From Bacteroidota bacterium (lineage in GTDB: Bacteria > Bacteroidota > JABWAT01), in assembly GCA_020161835.1 (NCBI GenBank), contig JAIUNL010000004.1, positions 65,049 through 129,048 of the forward strand: a stretch of 64,000 nucleotides of DNA. Direction: 5' to 3'. Within the stretch, counting starts at the first letter, position 1. Each line of letters opens with the position of its first letter. Made by a program: the position numbers and the translations under genes. Shown piece by piece: positions 57,237-64,000 of the stretch. The notes under the pieces were generated by a model that did no database searches, had not been told where the DNA came from, and saw only the letters and a list, made by a program, of their open reading frames with translations.

Positions 57237-58400
57237 TTGCGGGATCGGGGCGGGGTGGTTCTTTTGAAATCCTCATTTTTCACACGCATTGAAACGGAAC
57301 TTGATGATCTGAAACAGGTCAGCAGGTTCCGTTCTTTATTTACAGGATCCGGGATTATTCTCTCCGGAAATGATTATCTCAATCTCTCCCATCATCCATC
57401 CTTAAGAAAAAAAGCAATCGAACTGGCCAAAACTGCCGATCTTGCATCTACCGGGAGCAGATTGCTTGGCGGAAACCATCCGCTGCATGAAGAACTTGAA
57501 TCTTTAGTTTCTTCCTGGAAAAAGTCAGAATCTGCACTTCTTTTTAATTCAGGCTACGATGCCAATATGGGCGTTATTCAAACCCTGATCCGGAAAGAAG
57601 ATATCGTTTTTTCGGACAAACTGAATCATGCCTGCATCATTGACGGGATCAGAGGAACCGGTGCCGTTACCGAACGGTTTAATCATCAGGATTTTACCGA
57701 TCTCGAACGGCGTCTGAAAAAACATGAATTCTCCAAAGCCGAAAAATTCATTATCGTTGAATCGGTTTATTCGATGGATGGGGATATTACCGACTTTCCG
57801 TCTTTGGTTCAGTTGTGCGAAAAGTATAACGCCCATCTGATTGTGGATGAAGCCCACGGAACAGGCGTTATCGGGCAAACCGGCGCCGGTGTTCTGGAAC
57901 GGGACGGATTGATGAATTATCCGCTGGCAACGATCCACACCTGTGGCAAAGCACTGGGTACTTTTGGCGCTTTTGTTTCCTGCCAGAAATCAGTCCGTGA
58001 TTATCTGGTTAATAAATGCCGCAATTTTATTTTCACGACCGCCCTTCCCCCGTGGCAGGCCGGTTTGATTGCTGAAGCCATCCGGCTTGTTCAGCCCATG
58101 ACCGCTGAACGTGACTATCTCATGAAACTGTCAGCAGATTTCAGAAAACGGGTGACAGAGAAAACAAAGTGGTCAACCGGAAATTCCAAAACCATGATTG
58201 TCCCAGTCATTATTGGTGAAGATTCTGAAGCTGTAAAAATTGCCTCTTTTTGCCGTGATGCCGGGTTTGACGTCAGAGCCGTTCGTCCGCCAACCGTTCC
58301 CGAAGGAACATCACGTCTTCGGTTAAGCTTCCACGCCGGAATTCAGGTGACTGACATGGAAAAACTGGCGGAATTGCTTACCAAAATGGTCAATGGTTAA
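57237..58400 (+). CDS. bioF: 8-amino-7-oxononanoate synthase (class II aminotransferase fold)
   Basis: GSGIILSGNDYLNLSHHP, PLP-lysine region TCGKALG; adjacent to bioB; true start probably downstream of 57237 (5' end overlaps a palindromic element). Confidence 0.75.
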   Translation: MRDRGGVVLLKSSFFTRIETELDDLKQVSRFRSLFTGSGIILSGNDYLNLSHHPSLRKKAIELAKTADLASTGSRLLGGNHPLHEELESLVSSWKKSESALLFNSGYDANMGVIQTLIRKEDIVFSDKLNHACIIDGIRGTGAVTERFNHQDFTDLERRLKKHEFSKAEKFIIVESVYSMDGDITDFPSLVQLCEKYNAHLIVDEAHGTGVIGQTGAGVLERDGLMNYPLATIHTCGKALGTFGAFVSCQKSVRDYLVNKCRNFIFTTALPPWQAGLIAEAIRLVQPMTAERDYLMKLSADFRKRVTEKTKWSTGNSKTMIVPVIIGEDSEAVKIASFCRDAGFDVRAVRPPTVPEGTSRLRLSFHAGIQVTDMEKLAELLTKMVNG

Positions 58401-58649
58401 TTGTTAATGGTAAATGGAAAACCTTTTGTCTTGTTTTGAAAGTCCCCCTTTGAAGACGAAGATCCTCGAACGCATTCGGGAGGGGAACGGCGAAGCCGGG
58501 GGGATGTAACTTGATTTTTTCCCTCCTGCGATCCCGGTCACAGAATCAGTCCATGCCTGAAACAAACGCACTTGATATCCCGAATACCCGCTTTTTAATT
58601 TGAATAAATCACTCAACCGGGAAATGATTTCATCAGGTCGGGTGTTAAG

Positions 58650-59129
58650 GTGTCTATGAAAACTGTTTTTATCCTGTTCAGCATTCTGCTTTCCTTCGCC
58701 TCATGCAATACCGATTCCCGTGAAGAAGAAAATCAGTCCTTGAAAATTTACACTTTGACTGCCGCCAATGGCAATTCACTTCCCTTCAAATCTATTTACA
58801 CTGACAGTACCGGTTATGATACAGTCTGGACGGCAATCGGCAGTTCGGGTATGCTTACCCTTTCGACTATCACAAATGACTATGATCTAAAATTTAACAC
58901 CAGTTCGGGATTTATAATCGGTGCAATAAAATCTGCCGAAGACAAAGTGTATTCTGACCAGGGATCTTTTGAACAATCAGGCGATACGTTGTGGTTAAAA
59001 AGTAAAGGAACTGAACCGGCAAAATCCCGTTTCTTACTTCTTAAGAACGAAAAGGTGATTCTTACGACTAAAGTGCAGTTTGACAACGGGAAAAACCTGA
59101 AATCTATTTATGAACTTGAATTCAGATAG
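58650..59129 (+). CDS. hypothetical lipoprotein
   Basis: Signal peptide + lipobox (SFASCNT). Confidence 0.4.
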   Translation: MSMKTVFILFSILLSFASCNTDSREEENQSLKIYTLTAANGNSLPFKSIYTDSTGYDTVWTAIGSSGMLTLSTITNDYDLKFNTSSGFIIGAIKSAEDKVYSDQGSFEQSGDTLWLKSKGTEPAKSRFLLLKNEKVILTTKVQFDNGKNLKSIYELEFR

Positions 59130-59167
59130 GGAACAGAGATCATCCGATTTCTATTGATTTTGATTCT

Positions 59168-59614
59168 TTGTTTCCGTTGCTTTGTAAATCACGAGGAGAC
59201 TACATGCTCAAAATTTCATTGATTGACCGCAGTCTGTATTTCAAAGGACTTTTACTCCTGATCAGAAAAGATGCCCAAATCTCTGATCCGGAAATGATTC
59301 TGATGAAACAAATCGGGCAATATCTTGGATTTGAAACGGAATTCTGTGACACTGCAATCCGGGATATTTTGACCAACGAACATATTGTTGACAGTCCGCC
59401 TGTTTTTTCAACACCTGAAATTGCAGTAAGATTTATCAGGGATGGCATTACGATCAGTCATTGTGATCATGACATTCATCCGAAAGAATGGGATTGGCTG
59501 GAATCCGTTGCGAAAATTAATCAGCTTGACTTCGTGCCTCTTTTTGAAAAATGGAAAAAGGATCATTTTCAAAAGGAACTGATTCCGATCGAAGCGGAAA
59601 TGCTGACGGTGTGA
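59168..59614 (+). CDS. hypothetical protein (TerB-like helical domain?)
   Basis: 148 aa, helical; weak resemblance to TerB/DjlA N-terminal family. Confidence 0.3.
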   Translation: MFPLLCKSRGDYMLKISLIDRSLYFKGLLLLIRKDAQISDPEMILMKQIGQYLGFETEFCDTAIRDILTNEHIVDSPPVFSTPEIAVRFIRDGITISHCDHDIHPKEWDWLESVAKINQLDFVPLFEKWKKDHFQKELIPIEAEMLTV

Positions 59615-59658
59615 CGGTGTGACGGGGTAAGTGGTAAGTGGTAAGTGGTAAGTGGTAA

Positions 59659-60132
59659 GTGGTAAGATTTTACTTAAACGAAATCAAGAAAATGAAACCA
59701 TCCATACAAAATTTCATTTCAAAAAAGCGGATTGCAGTTGTTGGTTTTTCACGGAATAAAAATAAATTCGGGACCGCAGCCTTTTCCGAACTTCAGAAGC
59801 GTGGATTTGAAGTGTTTGCCATTCATCCAAACGAAACTGAAATAAACGGAGTTGAGTGTTACCCTGATTTGAAATCAGTTTCAGGGAAGGCAGAAGCTGT
59901 CTTTATTTCCATCCCGCCAAAATCAGTTCCACCGGTTTTAAAAGAAGCTGCCGATGCCGGATTCAAATTGGTCTGGCTTCAGCAGGGAGCGGAATCAGAA
60001 GAATCCACCGGTTACGCCACAGAACTCGGACTCGAACTCATTTCAGGAAAATGCATTCTGATGTATGCTCCGCCTGTCACCTCCTTCCACAAATTTCATC
60101 AGGTCGTCTGCAAATGGACGGGAAATTTTTAA
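59659..60132 (+). CDS. CoA-binding domain protein
   Basis: KRIAVVGFSRNKNKFGTAAFSELQKRGFEVFAIHPN Rossmann-like CoA-binding signature; 157 aa. Confidence 0.65.
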   Translation: MVRFYLNEIKKMKPSIQNFISKKRIAVVGFSRNKNKFGTAAFSELQKRGFEVFAIHPNETEINGVECYPDLKSVSGKAEAVFISIPPKSVPPVLKEAADAGFKLVWLQQGAESEESTGYATELGLELISGKCILMYAPPVTSFHKFHQVVCKWTGNF

Positions 60133-60283
60133 ATAACGGTGACAAGGGACAGGGGACAAGTGACTGAAATTCCAGTTACAACCTGTCCCGCTACTGCGGG
60201 AGGTTACGGATTAAATTTTCGAAAACACGAATTTCCCTACTATCTACTAACTACTGTCTACTAACTACTTAAGAATTAAAAAA

Positions 60284-60727
60284 ATGATCTCTACCCTCGC
60301 TGAATTTTTTGACCGTGACATTAAAAAAGTTGCCGAAGAAATCAGTTCATACAAAACTGAAGAAAACCTGTGGGTTATTAACGGAGCCATCTCCAATTCG
60401 GCGGGTAATCTGGCTTTGCACCTGATCGGAAACCTGAATCATTTTATTGGTGCAACCCTCGGACATTCTGGTTACATCCGCCAGCGCGACCTGGAGTTTT
60501 CACAAAAAAACATTCCAATGAACCAGTTGCTGGCTGATCTTGAAAAAACAGCTGGTGTGGTTGCAACTACTTTTTCCAAACTCCCCGAAAGCAGCCTGAC
60601 TGAAAACTTCCCGCTTGAAAAACACGGCAAAATCGTCACCACCGAACACATGCTGCTTCATTTACTCGCCCATCTGAGCTATCACCTCGGTCAGATTAAT
60701 TACCACAGACGTCTGATAGATTTATAA
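60284..60727 (+). CDS. DinB-like (DUF1572/DinB_2) protein
   Basis: NLALHLIGNLNHFIG and LLHLLAHLSYHLGQI histidine-rich helix motifs. Confidence 0.55.
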   Translation: MISTLAEFFDRDIKKVAEEISSYKTEENLWVINGAISNSAGNLALHLIGNLNHFIGATLGHSGYIRQRDLEFSQKNIPMNQLLADLEKTAGVVATTFSKLPESSLTENFPLEKHGKIVTTEHMLLHLLAHLSYHLGQINYHRRLIDL

Positions 60728-61001
60728 AGGAAACACCTTTAAAATTTGAATGCGTGGATCCCGGATCAAGTCCGGGATGACATCGGAGAATTTTTAAAAT
60801 CAAGTGTTTCCTCCACCTTTGCAGGCGCCCTTAAAAATTCTGAATTCCAATAAATGATTCCCCCGCTTTGCGTCCTGGCGAACTGGATTTCGAATTGAGA
60901 TTAAAAAGTATTTTGTACTTTTCTTTTTTCTGCTGATTTAGTACTTTCATTTAACCGGCCCCGCAAACCGGATATTCGTCAGCAAATCAAATGGAATACC
61001 C

Positions 61002-62207
61002 ATGAAAACCTTCCTTACCCTTTTTCTCACTGTTTTCAGTTTAACAGTCGCTGCACAGAAATTTGAAAATCTTGCCAAAACTCCCCCAATGGGCTGGAAT
61101 AGCTGGAATAAATTCGCCTGCAACGTCAGTGAAGATTTATTGAAAAATATGGCGGATGCAATGGCGTCGTCGGGAATGAGAGCTGCCGGTTATGAATATA
61201 TTGTGATCGATGACTGCTGGCACGGGAAACGGGACAGTCTTGGATTCATCCACCCAAATCCTGAACATTTTCCATCAGGAATGAAAGCCGTTGCGGATTA
61301 TATCCATTCGAAAGGATTGAAATTCGGAATATATTCCTGTGCTGGAAATAAAACCTGTGCCGGACATTCCGGTAGCCGTGGACATGAATATCAGGATGCA
61401 ATTACTTATGCCTCATGGGGAGTTGATTATCTGAAATATGACTGGTGCAACACTGACGGACTCACCACCATCGGAGCCTACACAACCATGAGAGATGCAC
61501 TTTATTCGGCCGGAAGACCCGTTGTTTTCAGTCTCTGCGAATGGGGAAACAGTAAACCGTGGGAATGGGGTAAAAACGTGGGGCATCTCTGGAGAACAAC
61601 CGGTGATATTTACAATGTTTTTGACGGAGAAGTGAACCACGGAACCTGGTCGTCATGGGGAGTCATGAAAATTCTGGACATGCAGAAAGGTCTTGAAAAA
61701 TATGCCGGACCCGGTCACTGGAACGACCCTGATATGCTTGAGGTAGGAAACGGAATGCCCGTCAACGAAGATCGTGCCCACTTTTCAATGTGGTGTATGC
61801 TGGCAGCACCGCTCATTGCCGGAAATGACCTTGCAACCATGAGTAAAGAAACCCATGATATTTTAACCAATATGGATGTCATTGCCCTTGATCAGGACAC
61901 ACTTGGAATTCAGGGTTTTCAGTTTTCCACGATTGGCGACAGTATTCAGGTTTTTGCAAAACCACTCGCCGGTGGTGATTTGGCTGTTGCTTTTCTGAAC
62001 CGGAGTAAAAAATCACAGGTTATTTCTTTTGACTGGCAGGCAACTGCTATTGAAAATGAAGGAACAGGGACTAAACTTGTGCTGAAAGAAAAACTTTATT
62101 CTATCCGGGATTTGTGGACGAAGAAAAACCTGGGAACAACCGCAAAAGTTTTAAAAACTGAAGTTCCGTCGCATGATGTTTTGCTTGTCAGGTTAACAGG
62201 GAAATAG
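61002..62207 (+). CDS. alpha-galactosidase, glycoside hydrolase family 27
   Basis: PPMGWNSWNKFACN, YEYIVIDDCWH, LKYDWC catalytic-region motifs of GH27; signal peptide; 401 aa. Confidence 0.85.
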   Translation: MKTFLTLFLTVFSLTVAAQKFENLAKTPPMGWNSWNKFACNVSEDLLKNMADAMASSGMRAAGYEYIVIDDCWHGKRDSLGFIHPNPEHFPSGMKAVADYIHSKGLKFGIYSCAGNKTCAGHSGSRGHEYQDAITYASWGVDYLKYDWCNTDGLTTIGAYTTMRDALYSAGRPVVFSLCEWGNSKPWEWGKNVGHLWRTTGDIYNVFDGEVNHGTWSSWGVMKILDMQKGLEKYAGPGHWNDPDMLEVGNGMPVNEDRAHFSMWCMLAAPLIAGNDLATMSKETHDILTNMDVIALDQDTLGIQGFQFSTIGDSIQVFAKPLAGGDLAVAFLNRSKKSQVISFDWQATAIENEGTGTKLVLKEKLYSIRDLWTKKNLGTTAKVLKTEVPSHDVLLVRLTGK

Positions 62208-62622
62208 GGGGAAGGGAAGCTATTAGCTATTAGCTATTAGCTTTTGGCTGTTGGGTAATGCAATTCAAGGCATAGGAAATAAGGTTTAAAGCACTAGGGA
62301 AAAGGCGTAAGGTTAAATTCTAAAAGGTAAAGGTTAAATTTTTTAGACCAATTCACTATTGTGCCAGACTTTATCTAATCCCGGCAGGATTGAATCTGAA
62401 TAGCCCCGGGTGGAACCCGGTGGATAGTTTCGGGTTTATCCACAAACCCCGTATGGGGTTTAATACTGTTCACCCTTTTCGTCCGGAATAAAATCACCAG
62501 TTTCAACAAATTTTGTGGCCGGACGAATTTCTTTTATTTCCTTTTCATTCCGTCAGCTAAAGCAGACGGCAATAAATTCTCAGAAACCAAAAAATGACCT
62601 TAAAAACTGGTTACGGTCTGAT

Positions 62623-62865
62623 TTACCCTTTCCTCTTCTCCTCATCCACCGTCACCAAATACAAATCTTCGACTTTTTTTCTTGCCCACGGGGTTTTTCT
62701 TAAAAACTTGAGACTCGATTTGATACTCGGGTTTTCAAAAAAGCAGTTGATCCTGATCTGATCGTTGAGTTTTTCCCATCCATAAGCCTGAACCAGATAC
62801 GTCAGGATCATTTCGAGGGTCACACCGTGCAGCGGATTATTGGGTTGGGTTGGGGTTGTTATCAT
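62623..62865 (-). CDS. VF530/DUF2132 family small DNA-binding-like protein
   Basis: [24 protein letters not shown] core; 80 aa; 4-bp overlap with upstream NUDIX gene. Confidence 0.55.
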   Translation of the reverse strand: MITTPTQPNNPLHGVTLEMILTYLVQAYGWEKLNDQIRINCFFENPSIKSSLKFLRKTPWARKKVEDLYLVTVDEEKRKG

Positions 62866-63512
62866 GGTTTTGAAAATTCGTAATAGAAAGCACCTTTTTT
62901 AGACTCGCTGGTGTTTTTAATGTTGAGTTTATTAAGAACACCCATTGATAACGCTTTTTTGCGAAAGTTACCCGGATCGAGTGGTTTTCTGAAAATCGCC
63001 TCGTGAAGCCGGCGAACCTGCATTAATGTAAACCTTTCCGGAAGAAGATCCCGGCCAATCAGTTCTGAATCTGCAAGTGCCTGAAGATGAAGCAATGCTT
63101 TATCAACCATTTTTTCATGATCAAAAATCAGTTTTGGCAATTTGTTTATCGGCCACCATTGCGCACCATGCTCCCTGATGAGGTCCTTATCATGCTGATT
63201 GGGTCTGATAAGAGCAGAAAAAGCAACACTGATAACCCGTGCGCCCGAATCCCGGTTCGGATCAGAAAATGCCCCAACCTGGTCCAACCGGATGTCCTGA
63301 AAACCAGTAATATTAAATAAAACCCGTTTTGCGGCTGATTCAAGTGACTCATCTAGATTTACAAATCCGCCCATCAGCGACCATTTACCCTGCTCAGGCA
63401 TAATTGCCCGTGGAAATAATAAAACCTGCAGATCACCTTCGTCATATCCGAAAATGATGCAATCAACAGCAACAAGATGCTTTTCAGCTTTTGAGTAGGT
63501 AATCGTATTCAT
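62862..63512 (-). CDS. NUDIX hydrolase with C-terminal winged-helix domain (NrtR-like)
   Basis: NUDIX box region [23 protein letters not shown]; C-terminal wHTH-like region; 216 aa. Confidence 0.65.
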   Translation of the reverse strand: MNTITYSKAEKHLVAVDCIIFGYDEGDLQVLLFPRAIMPEQGKWSLMGGFVNLDESLESAAKRVLFNITGFQDIRLDQVGAFSDPNRDSGARVISVAFSALIRPNQHDKDLIREHGAQWWPINKLPKLIFDHEKMVDKALLHLQALADSELIGRDLLPERFTLMQVRRLHEAIFRKPLDPGNFRKKALSMGVLNKLNIKNTSESKKGAFYYEFSKP

Positions 63513-63776
63513 AATACTACTTTAGAAAATCGGAAACGAGTCAGCTTTAACCCAAATATCTTTCGCAAGTGGTGAAAAATAAGAGTAACAAATGCTTTTA
63601 ATTATTTCAAACCTATCAGCACTAAAAATTCAGACGCAACGATGAAATGAAAATGAAATTGACCCAATGGTAAGTTTTACAACCCAAACAAAACCGTATT
63701 TTCATCCCAAAATCCGGAAAAATTCCATCCTTTTTCCTAACTTGTTGAAAATTCAACAGTTCAGGACTTTCTCAAG

Positions 63777-64000
63777 ATGAATTCAGGTCTTTTTTTAACT
63801 GCACTTACCGGTCTATTACTTTCCGGGTGTTCCCTTTTATTTCCTTCAAAACCAAAAGCCGACATTTTTGATACCGGACTTCAGCAGGATTTTATTCTGG
63901 TGATGGAACATCAGGAGTTAACCCGGATGGCAACCATCCACCTCCCTGATGGATATCGTGAATCAGGGAACTATCCGCTTGTTTTGGTTTTACATGGTGG
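63777..64000 (+). CDS. lipoprotein, alpha/beta-hydrolase (esterase/depolymerase-like), partial at window end
   Basis: Signal peptide + lipobox (LLSGCS); NYPLVLVLHGG is the classic esterase/PHB-depolymerase oxyanion-region motif. Confidence 0.5.
   Translation, partial: MNSGLFLTALTGLLLSGCSLLFPSKPKADIFDTGLQQDFILVMEHQELTRMATIHLPDGYRESGNYPLVLVLHG

Noticed and set aside
1-64000. Search for tRNA, rRNA, RNase P, tmRNA and SRP RNA signatures
   Set aside because: No GTTCGA(A/G)TC-type T-arm contexts with acceptor stems, no rRNA-like conserved stretches and no RNase P/tmRNA/SRP hallmark motifs were recognised by eye. A tool such as tRNAscan-SE/Infernal would be needed to be certain.

Overview
This 64-kb window looks like a bacterial chromosomal segment. 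The gene content and lipoprotein style suggest an FCB-group organism (Bacteroidota/Ignavibacteriota-like). That lineage call is a low-confidence inference. GC content is moderate with three clearly AT-rich islands. I can support about 54 protein-coding genes.

Coding content, in order:
- a TetR-regulated TolC/HlyD/ABC-2 efflux operon (3.6-9.2 kb);
- an AT-rich island of three paralogous lipoproteins, one further lipoprotein and an M48/TPR metallopeptidase (9.9-14.2 kb);
- a minus-strand selU-selD-amidinotransferase operon;
- agmatine-to-putrescine genes (aguB, aguA) split by a GxxExxY gene;
- ychF;
- a GAF/sigma-54 activator, a beta-propeller sensor kinase, a LuxR-type response regulator and two GH31 glycosidases, one of them broken by an in-frame TAG;
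- an ABC-F ATPase, clpS, a MacB-like ABC/FtsX pair and TonB-dependent-receptor-like outer-membrane proteins;
- DinB/DUF423 genes, bioB-bioF, a GH27 alpha-galactosidase and an NrtR-like NUDIX protein.

I did not recognise any rRNA, tRNA, CRISPR array, integrase or transposase.

The most unusual content is non-coding:
- A family of 149-150-bp tandem-repeat arrays sits at three intergenic loci. Two of the arrays bracket the lipoprotein/M48 island.
- Several families of small palindromic REP/MITE-like elements are very dense. One pair flanks the ABC-F gene in inverted orientation.
- A recurring class of stop-codon-rich, short degenerate tandem motifs (for example TTAATGG/TAAATGG, TTAGCT, TTAAGCC, GTAAGTG) sits exactly at gene boundaries.

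All calls are made by eye from the sequence and the ORF track. No database search was possible.
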